A stretch of DNA of 50,456 bases from Candidatus Eiseniibacteriota bacterium. Lineage in GTDB: Bacteria > Eisenbacteria > RBG-16-71-46. A program made the translations under genes and the position numbers. Positions within the stretch are counted from its first letter, which is position 1. Each line of letters opens with the position of its first letter. The stretch spans positions 1 through 50,456 of the forward strand of contig JANLWX010000130.1 of the NCBI GenBank assembly GCA_031364845.1. The letters are read 5' to 3'. Shown here in pieces: positions 36,405-46,222 of the stretch. The notes beneath the pieces were generated by a model. It was not told the origin of the DNA and searched no databases. It saw only the letters and a program-made list of their open reading frames with translations.

Positions 36405-39148
36405 CGGTGATGGAGGCCTGGCACAACCGGTCTGCCGAGGAGGTGCTGGCTCATCTGGGTACCTCGGCGATCGGACTGTCGGCTCAGGAAGCAGCACAAC
36501 GCCTGGCTGCCAACGGCCCGAACGAGCTGAAGGAAGGCAAGCGCATCAGCCCGCTGCAAATCTTCCTCGGCCAGTTCAAGAGCCTCATCATCTGGATTCT
36601 CATCGCTGCCGGCGTCGTCTCCGGTGTACTGGGCGAAGTGGTGGACGCCATCGCCATCCTCGCCATCGTCATCCTCAACGCCGTCATCGGCTTCTACCAG
36701 GAGTTTCACGCAGAGCAGTCCATCGCGGCGCTGAGGAAGATGACCGCGCCGCAAGCCAAGGTGCGACGCGATGGGCAAATCACTTCGATTCCTGCCTCGG
36801 GAATCGTCGCGGGTGACATCCTCGCGTTGGAAGCCGGCGACCTGGTCGCGGCTGATGCCCGGCTCCTGCAAGTGGCATCGCTCAAGTGCATCGAGTCCGC
36901 GCTGACCGGCGAGTCGGAGGCGGTGACGAAGCAGCCCGCAACTCTGGAACCGGGCGACATCCCACTCGGCGACCGCGAGAACATGGTGTTCATGGGAACC
37001 AGTGTCGCGGCGGGCACGGGTCTGGCCGCCGTTGTGGCCACGGCGATGAATACCGAGTTGGGCCGCATCGCGGGACTGATCGAAGCGGCGGGTGCGGAAG
37101 AGGGCACACCGCTGGAGAAGAAGCTCGAGTCCTTCGGCCGGGTGCTCGTCTGGGCGGCGCTGGGTATCGTCGCGCTGCTGTTCGGACTGGGGTTGCTGCG
37201 CGGAACGAAGCTCTTCGAGTTGTTCATGACTTCGGTCAGTCTCGCGGTGGCCGCCGTGCCGGAAGGGCTACCCGCTGTTGTCACGGTGGCGCTCGCGCTC
37301 GGCGTGCGGCGCATGGCCCGCCGCCGCGCACTCGTGCGCAAACTGGCCGCAGTCGAGACGCTCGGCTCGACGACCGTCATCTGCACGGACAAGACCGGCA
37401 CCTTGACCCTCGGCGAGATGACGGTGCGCGCGCTCTACGTCGCAGGCCAAAGCTACGAAGTCACCGGCGAAGGTTACGGGCCGGCCGGCGAAACGCGCTT
37501 CGAGGGCAGGAAGACGGAAGCGCAGCACGCGGCGCCGTTGCTCGAACTCGCGACCGTCATCCTCGGCTGCAACAACGCCCATCTCGTCCAGGAAGAGGGG
37601 ACATGGAAAGTCATCGGTGACCCCACCGAAGGCGCATTGCTTGCTGCCGGTCCCAAAGCCGGCGGACACCAGGAGCGCATCGAGAAGGAACTGCCGAAGC
37701 ATCACGAGATCCCATTCGACTCCGACCGCAAACTCAGCACGGTGATTCGCAAGCTGCCGGATGGGAAGCTGCGCGCCTTCATCAACGGTGCGCCCGATGT
37801 GCTGGTAGAGCGTTGCACAAACCTCTACACCAGCACCGGGGTTCGCCCCATGACGGACGAGGATCGCCACAACATCGTCGCGCAAAACACCGCGATGGCG
37901 CAGCAAGCGCTGCGCGTGCTCGGCTCGGCCCATCGCGACCTGGACAACGCTTCGCCCGCCGACCTCACTGCGGACGCCGTGGAGCGCGATCTGGTGTTCG
38001 TGGGTCTGTCGGGAATGCATGATCCGCCGCGTCAGGAGGCCAAGCAGGCCGTCGCAAAATGTCGCGCCGCCGGCATTCGCGTGGTGATGATTACCGGCGA
38101 CCATCCGCACACCGCGACGGCCATTGCGCGGGAACTCGGCATCGCTTCAGACGACGACCTGGCTATCGCGGGTGTCGAGTTGGACAAGATGACCGACGAT
38201 GAACTCCGCCAGCGCGCACCCCAGATCGCCGTTTACGCCCGCGTCACCGCTGAGCACAAACTGCGCATCATCCGCTCCTGGAAAGCGAATGATGCGGTGG
38301 TGGCGATGACCGGCGATGGCGTCAACGATGCCCCAGCCATCAAAGGTGCTGACATTGGTATCGCCATGGGCCGCACTGGCACGGAGGTCACCAAGCAGGC
38401 GTCGGACATGATTATCACCGATGACAACTTCACCTCGATCGTCGCCGCGGTCGAAGAGGGCCGCGGCGTCTACGACAACATCCGAAAGACCCTGCAATAC
38501 CTGCTGGCAGGCAACACCGGTGAACTGCTGCTGATGACCGTGTGCGTGGTCGTGGGTTATCCGGCACCGCTGCTGCCGATTCACCTGCTCTGGATCAATC
38601 TCGTCACCGACGGGCTCCCGGCGCTGTGCCTCGCCACCGACCCCATCGATCCCGACGTAATGAAACGACACCCGCGCCTGCGGTCGGAGCGCATCACGAA
38701 CCGCAGTTTCCTCGCAACGATGTTGCTCACCGGCATCCTTACCGCGGGAGTGGCGTTCACAGTATATGCGTACGTGTTGAAGACACAGACCCCAGAAATA
38801 GCGCGCGCCTATGCCTTCGCGGTGCTCGTCTTCGCAGAGTTGCTCCGCGCCTTCGGCGCCCGCAGCGAAACCAAGCCCGTGTGGCGCATCTCACTCCTCA
38901 CGAACATCAACCTGAGCATTGTGGTTGCGATGTCTGTTGCGCTCCAGATCTGGAGCCATCACAACGCGACGTTGGGCCGCTTCCTGAAAACGTCGTCTGT
39001 GCCGCTCAACGATTGCTTTCTGCTGTTCGCGCTGGGAGCAATTCCGCTGGTGATGCTGGAACTCGTGAAGGTCGTGCGGAACTCCCGGCGACAAGGGCAG
39101 ACCGGGCGAGTGACACCGGAGGCCCTCTCGGTGAGTGTCAGGCGATGA
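36401..39148 (+). CDS. Cation-transporting P-type ATPase (type IIA, Ca2+-like)
   Basis: [64 protein letters not shown] overlap with the upstream gene. Confidence 0.93.
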   Translation: MTVMEAWHNRSAEEVLAHLGTSAIGLSAQEAAQRLAANGPNELKEGKRISPLQIFLGQFKSLIIWILIAAGVVSGVLGEVVDAIAILAIVILNAVIGFYQEFHAEQSIAALRKMTAPQAKVRRDGQITSIPASGIVAGDILALEAGDLVAADARLLQVASLKCIESALTGESEAVTKQPATLEPGDIPLGDRENMVFMGTSVAAGTGLAAVVATAMNTELGRIAGLIEAAGAEEGTPLEKKLESFGRVLVWAALGIVALLFGLGLLRGTKLFELFMTSVSLAVAAVPEGLPAVVTVALALGVRRMARRRALVRKLAAVETLGSTTVICTDKTGTLTLGEMTVRALYVAGQSYEVTGEGYGPAGETRFEGRKTEAQHAAPLLELATVILGCNNAHLVQEEGTWKVIGDPTEGALLAAGPKAGGHQERIEKELPKHHEIPFDSDRKLSTVIRKLPDGKLRAFINGAPDVLVERCTNLYTSTGVRPMTDEDRHNIVAQNTAMAQQALRVLGSAHRDLDNASPADLTADAVERDLVFVGLSGMHDPPRQEAKQAVAKCRAAGIRVVMITGDHPHTATAIARELGIASDDDLAIAGVELDKMTDDELRQRAPQIAVYARVTAEHKLRIIRSWKANDAVVAMTGDGVNDAPAIKGADIGIAMGRTGTEVTKQASDMIITDDNFTSIVAAVEEGRGVYDNIRKTLQYLLAGNTGELLLMTVCVVVGYPAPLLPIHLLWINLVTDGLPALCLATDPIDPDVMKRHPRLRSERITNRSFLATMLLTGILTAGVAFTVYAYVLKTQTPEIARAYAFAVLVFAELLRAFGARSETKPVWRISLLTNINLSIVVAMSVALQIWSHHNATLGRFLKTSSVPLNDCFLLFALGAIPLVMLELVKVVRNSRRQGQTGRVTPEALSVSVRR

Positions 39149-42100
39149 CGGGCGCTGGAACCGCAATGGCAGGCGCGAGCGGCGCCGTCGCCGTCGCGAA
39201 GCGCACCTGTCGACGTCGCCACATGGCATACGCCGCCGGAAGCACGAGGAGCGTCAGCACCAAGCACGACCACAGGCCACCGACCAGCGGTGCAGCGGTA
39301 CGCGCCGACACGTCGGCACCCACACCTGCTTCCCACAGCAGCGGCAGCAAGCCCAGCACTGTGGTGGCGACGGTCATGACCAGCGGGCGGACGCGGGCAG
39401 CAGCACCTTCGACCACCGCGGCATCGACATCCTCCGGGGTGTGGATCCGCCCTTCACGCATGTACCGGTTGAAGGCTTCGTCCAGGTAGACCACCATCAC
39501 GATGCCGGTCTCCGCGGCGACGCCCGCGACCGCGATGATCCCCACCCAGACTGCGGTGGACAGGTTGTATTGCATGAGCGCCAGCAGCCACACGCTGCCG
39601 GCCACCGCAAAGGGCAGACTGGACAAGACTAGGAAGGTCTGCGGCCATCCGCGCATGGAGAGATAGAGCAGTGCTACGACGAGGAGCAGGGTGAGCGGGA
39701 GGACGAAGCGGAGCCGGGCCTCCATCTCCGCGAGGAACTCGTACTGACCGGTCCATTGCAGGCGGTACCCCGGCGGTAGTGTGAGCTGAGACGCCACGAG
39801 TGTCTTGGCGTCGTTGACCCAGCCTCCGAGGTCGCGTTCGGTCTGATCAATGTCGGCGAACACGTACCCGACCAGCACCCCGTTCTCATCCTTGATCATC
39901 GGCGGTCCGGTGGTCACGCGTATTTCGGCGATGTCACCGAGCGGCACGGCGGCACCGGGCTGGCGCCACTGCTCCATGAGATCCGGGGAGGCCGAGATGC
40001 CACCCATCGGCGGCGCCGCGAGGCCCGCAGACGCGCCGCCGGACGCCGATGTGCCGGCCTGTCCGCCACCGCCTCCGGACATCGAGCCCATTCCACCGCC
40101 GGCACCGCCAGCGCTGGACGCGCCCACGCCACTGCCCTGGGCACTGGCTCCAGCGCCTGCATTCCCACCGCCGTAGTCCGTCACGCTCCCGGTTGATTGA
40201 ACCGGCACCAGAATGCGCCGGAGCGCCTGCGGATCCGAGCGCTGATCGGCCGCGTAGCGCAGGTTGATCGAGAACCGCGCGCGACCGGCAATGGCAGTCG
40301 ACACCGGCATTCCCCCGACGGCCGCTTCGACCACATCCTGCACGTCCCTGACGCTGAGGCCGTAGCGCGCGATCGCCTCGCGATCGGGAATGATGTCGAC
40401 GTACTCGCGCCCGGTCTGTCGTTCGGCGAACGTGCTGCGCGTGCCCGGCACCTGACGGAGCATGCCCTCCAGTGCCACGCTGATGCGTTCGATTTCGTTC
40501 AGGTCCTCGCCGAACACCTTGATTCCCACCGGTGTGCGCACACCGGTCGAGAGCATGTCGATACGAGTGCGGATCGGGGGCGCGATCGCAATCTGATATC
40601 CCGGCATCTGCAGCGCGGCATCCAAGTCGCGCGACAGTTCCGACAGAGTGCGCGCCTGCTGTTCCGGCCACACCCGGCGCAGGACCGGCTTCGTCCAGTT
40701 GGGTGCAAGTCTGCCGTACCAGCGCGGCGTGAAGCGCTTCGGCCACTCGGCGCGCGGGCGCAACGCGATCACCGATTCGATCATGTCGAGCTGGGCGGGA
40801 TCGGTGGCCGTCTCCGCGCGACCCGCTTTTCCATGTACGGACGCAACCTCGCCGAACCCCATGATGATGCGGTCTTGCGCGATCAATGCCCGGCGTGCTT
40901 CTTCAATCGCGATTCCCGGAAACGTCGTCGGCATCACGAGCAGGGAGCCCTCGTCGAGTGGCGGCATGAACTCGGAGCCAAGCCCCCGAAACGTGGGCAC
41001 CGTCGCGAGCAAGAGCACCGCCGCTGCCAGAACCACGACGAGCCGGTGTCGCACGACCCTTACGGCGATCGGCCGATAGAAAGCGCTGAGAATCCGGCTG
41101 ACGGGATTGGTCGACTCGGTCCGGAACTTTCCCTTCAGCAAGAGCACCATCAGCGGTGGCGCGAGGGTGATGGAGAGAATCGCCGCGGCGAACATCGCGA
41201 ACGTCTTCGTGAACGCGAGCGGCATGAACAGCTTCCCCGCCTGACCGGCCAGCGTGAAGATGGGCAGGAAGCTGATCGTGATCAGCAACAGTGAGAAGAA
41301 GATCGGCCTGCCCACTTCCTTGCACGCATCGACGATGACCTGCTTTCGATCCGATCCCACCGGCGCGGCCGCGAGCCGCACATGGGCGTTCTCGATCAGC
41401 ACGATGACCGCGTCGGCCAACTCGCCGATGGCGATGGCGATCCCGCCCAGGGACATGATGTTGGACGACAGTCCCATGTAACGGATCGCGATGAACGACA
41501 TCAGCACCGAGAGCGGCAGGACGATCATCACGACCAGTGCCGAACGCGCGTGGAATAGAAAGACGAGACAAATGACCGTGACAATGATCGCCTGCTGGAT
41601 CAGCGTGTTCGTCAACGTCTTGACGGACCCCAGAATCAGTTCGGATCGATCGTATGTGGGGATGAGGCGAACGCCTTCGGGAAGACGCAGTGTCGCCATC
41701 TCGGTTTCGAGCGCCTGGATCACCTTGAGCGCGTTGGAGCCGATACGCATCACGACGATGCCACCCACCGCTTCGCCGGTACCGTTCCAATCGGCGGCCC
41801 CGCGGCGAATCTCGGGCCCATAGCGCACGCTTGCCACGTCACCGAGCCGGATGGGCGTGCCGCCGGGGCCGACGGCGACCACGCTTTGCTCGAGATCCGC
41901 CAGCGCCTTGACGTAGCCGCGTCCTCGCAGGACGTACTCGCGCCCCGCCATCTCCAGGACGCGCGCACCCACTTCTGCGTTGGCATCGCGCACTGATCGA
42001 GTGACATCGGTCAGCGTGAGTCCGAAGCCAACCAGCCGGTCAGGATCGACCACGATCTGGTACTGGCGTTCGAATCCGCCGAGAGAGGCGACTTCTGCGA

Positions 42101-42620
42101 CACCTGCGACCGCCTGCAGCGCGGGACGGACAGTGAAGTCCTGCAGCGCCCGAAGCTCGGCGAGATCCATCCTTCCGCTGCTGTCTTTGAGTACATACTG
42201 GTAGACCCATCCCACACCACTCGCGTCAGGTCCGAGTGTCGGAGACACGTCGGGCGGCAGAAGTTGCCGCACGCGCCCCATCTGCTCGAGCACCCGCGTG
42301 CGCGCCCAGTAGATGTCGGTGCCGTCGCCGAAGATCGCGTAGGTGAAACTCATGCCGAACATCGAGTAGCCGCGCACCGTCTTGACGCCCGGCGTACTCT
42401 GCAGCGCGCGGACGAGTGGATAGGTGATCTGATCCTCGACCAGATCGGGGCTGCGCCCCATCCACTCGGTGAACACAATCACCTGTGGATCGGAGAGATC
42501 CGGGAGTGCGTCGAGCGGCGTCTTGCGGACCGAATCGACCGCCCACAGCGCCAGCACCAACACCACCCCGAACACCACCCATCGGTGGCGAACCGACAGC
42601 TCGATAATGCGTTCGACCAT
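39138..42620 (-). CDS. cusA: CusA/SilA-family heavy-metal RND efflux pump
   Basis: LDALPDLSDPQVIV, VEDQITYPL, LGPDASGVGWVYQY, NIMSLGGIAIAIG, EFMPPLDEG, GKAGRAETATDPA, GPPMIKDENG, GVAAETG. Confidence 0.93.
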   Translation of the reverse strand: MVERIIELSVRHRWVVFGVVLVLALWAVDSVRKTPLDALPDLSDPQVIVFTEWMGRSPDLVEDQITYPLVRALQSTPGVKTVRGYSMFGMSFTYAIFGDGTDIYWARTRVLEQMGRVRQLLPPDVSPTLGPDASGVGWVYQYVLKDSSGRMDLAELRALQDFTVRPALQAVAGVAEVASLGGFERQYQIVVDPDRLVGFGLTLTDVTRSVRDANAEVGARVLEMAGREYVLRGRGYVKALADLEQSVVAVGPGGTPIRLGDVASVRYGPEIRRGAADWNGTGEAVGGIVVMRIGSNALKVIQALETEMATLRLPEGVRLIPTYDRSELILGSVKTLTNTLIQQAIIVTVICLVFLFHARSALVVMIVLPLSVLMSFIAIRYMGLSSNIMSLGGIAIAIGELADAVIVLIENAHVRLAAAPVGSDRKQVIVDACKEVGRPIFFSLLLITISFLPIFTLAGQAGKLFMPLAFTKTFAMFAAAILSITLAPPLMVLLLKGKFRTESTNPVSRILSAFYRPIAVRVVRHRLVVVLAAAVLLLATVPTFRGLGSEFMPPLDEGSLLVMPTTFPGIAIEEARRALIAQDRIIMGFGEVASVHGKAGRAETATDPAQLDMIESVIALRPRAEWPKRFTPRWYGRLAPNWTKPVLRRVWPEQQARTLSELSRDLDAALQMPGYQIAIAPPIRTRIDMLSTGVRTPVGIKVFGEDLNEIERISVALEGMLRQVPGTRSTFAERQTGREYVDIIPDREAIARYGLSVRDVQDVVEAAVGGMPVSTAIAGRARFSINLRYAADQRSDPQALRRILVPVQSTGSVTDYGGGNAGAGASAQGSGVGASSAGGAGGGMGSMSGGGGGQAGTSASGGASAGLAAPPMGGISASPDLMEQWRQPGAAVPLGDIAEIRVTTGPPMIKDENGVLVGYVFADIDQTERDLGGWVNDAKTLVASQLTLPPGYRLQWTGQYEFLAEMEARLRFVLPLTLLLVVALLYLSMRGWPQTFLVLSSLPFAVAGSVWLLALMQYNLSTAVWVGIIAVAGVAAETGIVMVVYLDEAFNRYMREGRIHTPEDVDAAVVEGAAARVRPLVMTVATTVLGLLPLLWEAGVGADVSARTAAPLVGGLWSCLVLTLLVLPAAYAMWRRRQVRFATATAPLAPAIAVPAPVIA

Positions 42621-42625
42621 GACCG

Positions 42626-43876
42626 TTACTTCCGATGGGTTGCGTGCGGGTCTTTGACCGGACCCGGAGAATTTTTCTTAGGCGCGGTCGCTGCCCCGTG
42701 ACTGCTGTGCCCTCCGGCACCGCCCGTGGCGCGCAGCCGGCTTTCCGAATCCAGCAGGAACACGCCGGAAGCAACGATCCGTTCGCCCTCTTTGAGACCG
42801 GTGCGGACCTCGACGCGATCAGCCAGCTGCGCGCCGAGCGTAACCGCCCGGGGTTCGAATCGATCACCGGTGGCGACGAAGACATGCTGCTGTTGCCCGG
42901 TGTCGACCAGCGCGTCACGCGGCACGGTGATCACATCCTGTCCGGCCGATTGGAGCGCGACGGTGCCGTAGAGGCCCGGTCTGAGCCCGCCGCCGGGATT
43001 GGCCGCGGAGAGGCGGACACGAAGTGTCCGCGTGCGCTCGGTAAGGGTCGGATAAACGAACTCGACTCGTGCCGCGAACGGTGAACGGCCTGACGCCGGA
43101 AAATCGAGCAGGGCAGTCATGCCGACGCGCACCGCCGTGATGCTGGCCTCCGGCACTTCGGCGAGAATCCACACGCGCGACAGGTCAGCAATTGTGAGCA
43201 GCGTCGTCGACGGATCCACGGAAGTGCCGACCGTGACGCCTCGGTTCACGACCACGCCACTTCTGGGTGCGATCACCGTAACCAGGCGCTTCGGTTCACC
43301 GGTCTGCTCGATCGCATTGATGTCCGCGGCCGTCATTCCGAGGACGGTTAGCCGCGTCCGACCGCTCGCGACCACGACGCTCGTGATCCCCGAGGCTGAT
43401 GTTGTCTTGCGAGCGGCCAGGTACTCCGTCTGGGACGAGAGCAGCTCCTGCGAAAAGATGCGCGCCAGCGGTTGACCGGCTCGCACCATCTCTCCGGTGG
43501 TGTTGACGTTGAGCTGTTCGACCCAACCCGCCACCCGCGTGTGCACATGCGAAATCCTCGATTCGTCCGGCACGATGGTGGCGACGGCGCGGACCGACTG
43601 CATCAATGACTCGCGCTTGACCACCTCGAGGCGGATGTCGAGTTCCTGAAGGGTGGACGCCGTGACGTCGACCGCAACCCGCCCGTGAGTCAACGCGGAG
43701 TCTGTGCTGGCCATGGCGGTCGGGACGACCATCACTTCGGTCGCCTGTCGGCGTGGCGCGAATGGCCACGCCTCGCGGGAGTGCTGCACCCACACTGCGC
43801 CGGTGAAGACTGCGGCAGTCGCCACGGCAGCGGCAACGGGTACGGCGAATCGGTGAAGGCTGGGGAACGGTGTCAT
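42626..43876 (-). CDS. cusB: CusB-like RND periplasmic adaptor (MFP)
   Basis: DESR...RVAGWVEQL...SQEL...IADLSRVW...VYPTL...TRTLRVR...LRPG...ASGVFLLDSESRL; His-containing tail. Confidence 0.88.
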   Translation of the reverse strand: MTPFPSLHRFAVPVAAAVATAAVFTGAVWVQHSREAWPFAPRRQATEVMVVPTAMASTDSALTHGRVAVDVTASTLQELDIRLEVVKRESLMQSVRAVATIVPDESRISHVHTRVAGWVEQLNVNTTGEMVRAGQPLARIFSQELLSSQTEYLAARKTTSASGITSVVVASGRTRLTVLGMTAADINAIEQTGEPKRLVTVIAPRSGVVVNRGVTVGTSVDPSTTLLTIADLSRVWILAEVPEASITAVRVGMTALLDFPASGRSPFAARVEFVYPTLTERTRTLRVRLSAANPGGGLRPGLYGTVALQSAGQDVITVPRDALVDTGQQQHVFVATGDRFEPRAVTLGAQLADRVEVRTGLKEGERIVASGVFLLDSESRLRATGGAGGHSSHGAATAPKKNSPGPVKDPHATHRK

Positions 43877-45135
43877 CGAATGATTGCCTCGTACGATCCA
43901 ACGGCCCGACCAAGGCGGGCCCACGCAAGCCCAAGTTCGGTGTCGGCGGCAATCACGTCCGATTGGACCCGCCACAGCGCCTGCACGGCCTCAATCACGC
44001 TGACGAGCGGCAACTGGCCCGACGCGTAGCCCGCGACGGCCGGTTCGATCACCATGCGCGCGCGCGGCAGCACATCGCCGTTGAGCGCCGCCTGCCGATC
44101 GTGGGCCGCCTGAAGTTGGTTCACGGCGACCGCGGCGTCGCCCTCGATCATCCGGGTCATCGCCCGGAGATCTGCTTCGGACATCACGCGCATCGCCTGC
44201 GCTTCGGCGACCCCGGCGCGCAGCTTGTTGCGCCAGATGGGCAAGCTAACACCGACCATTGCCATCCACCCCCGCCCCTCGGCCATGGTGGAGGCCACTC
44301 CGGCGCGGATCATTGCCATGGGGCGGTACATGTCACGCATCACCAGCACTTCCGCCTCTGCCCGCGTGACTTCGGCGCGTCCGCCCGCGAGCTCGGGCCG
44401 GGAGATCAGCTCGGTCCTGATTGAGGACCAGGAGGGAATCGGCTGTGCGAATTCGACCGGCGCGAGTGGCGGAACAGGCGCGTCCGCATCCTGGGCGAGG
44501 CTCGTATTGAGCATCGCTTCGGCGCCGCGCACCTCGCTGGCCAGTGCCTTCGCGAATGCTTCCAAGCGCGCAACCTCGACCTCCGCGCGCAGCACATCGG
44601 CTTGCGGGGCCATTCCGCTCGCGTAACGAGCGTTCGCAGCGGACACGACGTCGCGGGCAAAACCGATCTGTTCGGCGATCAGTGCCGCCGTGTTGCGACG
44701 CTCCTGCAACATCAGAAAGGCATTGGCGGCCTGGATGCCCACATCCAGCGTCGTCCGGTTCGCATCCGAGCGAAGTCTCTCAAGATCTGCCAGCGCGGAG
44801 GCTCGACGATGGCCGCGTAGTCCCGAAAGTGGGAAACGTTGTTCGAGAGCCACACTTACATCGGCGCCTTCCATCATGAACGGCACATGGTCAAGCGACG
44901 GAGTGATCATGGGGTCTTCGAGCGCTGATGCGATCGTCGGCCGAGCTTCTGCAGCGCGTGCCCGCGCGCGCGCCGCCTGTATCTCATCTCTGCGCTCGCC
45001 GGCGACCCGGATCACGTCGGCCATGCTGAGAGTCGATGGCGCTTCAGACGTCATCTGAGTCGACGCCCGGAACGGCCCTCCCGTTGTCGCAAGGCAGATC
45101 AGCAAAGTAAATCCGAGACCAATGAATCCTGTCAT
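43873..45135 (-). CDS. TolC/CusC-family outer membrane factor
   Basis: EQRFP...G, RYASG...QADVLRAEVE, VSLPIW; first gene of the RND operon with an ATGA overlap. Start uncertain (45135 or 45237). Confidence 0.85.
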   Translation of the reverse strand: MTGFIGLGFTLLICLATTGGPFRASTQMTSEAPSTLSMADVIRVAGERRDEIQAARARARAAEARPTIASALEDPMITPSLDHVPFMMEGADVSVALEQRFPLSGLRGHRRASALADLERLRSDANRTTLDVGIQAANAFLMLQERRNTAALIAEQIGFARDVVSAANARYASGMAPQADVLRAEVEVARLEAFAKALASEVRGAEAMLNTSLAQDADAPVPPLAPVEFAQPIPSWSSIRTELISRPELAGGRAEVTRAEAEVLVMRDMYRPMAMIRAGVASTMAEGRGWMAMVGVSLPIWRNKLRAGVAEAQAMRVMSEADLRAMTRMIEGDAAVAVNQLQAAHDRQAALNGDVLPRARMVIEPAVAGYASGQLPLVSVIEAVQALWRVQSDVIAADTELGLAWARLGRAVGSYEAIIR

Positions 45136-45558
45136 TGCGACCGCCGCCGGGGGGACTTGGTTACTGCGCTGCTGGTGATCGGTCTTCCGCAATCGCCATG
45201 CCACGTAACGGATGAGCCAAACAACCTTCAACCTCATACTGCCATGCATGCTCGTTGTCGCGGCCCGAACGCTGGCGCCTGGTGGAGTTATGAGGACGGT
45301 AGAACCTACATTGCCTGGCAGATCAAACTTCAAACCAAACCTGAGATGGGTTCGTGGCGCGGTGGTCCCGGCAGGTCACGGCGTGACGGATTGTCAGACA
45401 TGGTTCTCAATCTGGCGTCTTTACGACGTACCGAAGACGACGTGCTCAAAGCGCAAACGGTGGCATGGGAATGGCCTATTGCGCGTCCGGTGTTCAGTAG
45501 CTCCCCTTACTTGCGGGAGTCGACCGGTCCCTCACAAGACCAAGGGCCGAACTTTGAG

Positions 45559-45592
45559 GTCGCGCAAACCCTGCGCGACAAATCGCATTTGT
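45559..45592. promoter_or_regulatory. Two adjacent inverted repeats (candidate operators)
   Basis: GTCGCGCA-aaccc-TGCGCGAC (45559-45579) and ACAAAT-cgc-ATTTGT (45578-45592), just upstream of the SD of the 45614 gene. Confidence 0.4.
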
Positions 45593-45613
45593 AACGAAAG
45601 GGGAGAAGCAGCC

Positions 45614-46192
45614 ATGTGGACCACAGCAACGGTGGCTCTTGCAATGACGCTCTCGCTCGGAGCCATTGACCCAACGACGGCCTCAGCGCAACACGAGAGT
45701 CATTCAGCCAAGAACGCACCTTCCAAGACCACGGCTACCGGCAAGAAAGCGATGTCCGGCCATCACATGATGGCGGCCAGCGAGCCGCACCACGTTCTGG
45801 CCATGGCATACCACCAGAACCTTTTGGTGTTCGCCAAGGCGTTGCAGAAGCAAACCGCGCGCCCCGGCGCCGTCAATATTGAATTCACGCGATCTGCAGT
45901 GACCGAAATGCGGCGCAGCTTCGATCAAATGAGCAGCCATCATCAGGAGCACATGAAGACCATGAGCCCGGAGATGCACGCTTCCATGAACGAGATGATG
46001 CAGCAAATGGAGGCGCATCGGACTGAACTTAACACGCAGCTTGCGGCGCTGGAGCGGGAAGCGGAGTCGTCCACGCCCGACGCGAAGATCATCGCCGCTG
46101 CTGCGGCCGAAATTCACAGACATCTGGACGCCATGGACAGGATGCATCGGGACGGTTCGGTGACGACGAAGAAGACGAAAGCGTCGATGTAG
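45614..46192 (+). CDS. Secreted His/Met-rich helical hypothetical protein
   Basis: SD AAGGGGAG; signal peptide MWTTATVALAMTLSLGA...ASA|Q; GHHMM, HHQEHMKTMSPEMHASMNEMMQQMEAH, HRHLDAMDRMH. Confidence 0.75.
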   Translation: MWTTATVALAMTLSLGAIDPTTASAQHESHSAKNAPSKTTATGKKAMSGHHMMAASEPHHVLAMAYHQNLLVFAKALQKQTARPGAVNIEFTRSAVTEMRRSFDQMSSHHQEHMKTMSPEMHASMNEMMQQMEAHRTELNTQLAALEREAESSTPDAKIIAAAAAEIHRHLDAMDRMHRDGSVTTKKTKASM

Positions 46193-46222
46193 GCGGACAC
46201 GTCTACGGAATCCAGTGCTCCC

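Noticed and set aside
39138..39148. 11-nt convergent overlap between the Ca-ATPase and cusA
   Set aside because: Short tail-to-tail overlaps are common, and both termini are low-complexity extensions.
45212..45613. N-terminal 134 aa of the 326-aa ORF 45212-46192, the upstream part of the TolC ORF, and ORF 45157-45594
   Set aside because: The composition is not protein-like. A clear SD and signal peptide begin at 45614, so this is most likely a divergent promoter region.
46193..46204. GCGGACACGTCT match to the core of the palindromic repeat
   Set aside because: The match is only about 12 bp, with no flanking arms or hairpin partner, and is compatible with chance.
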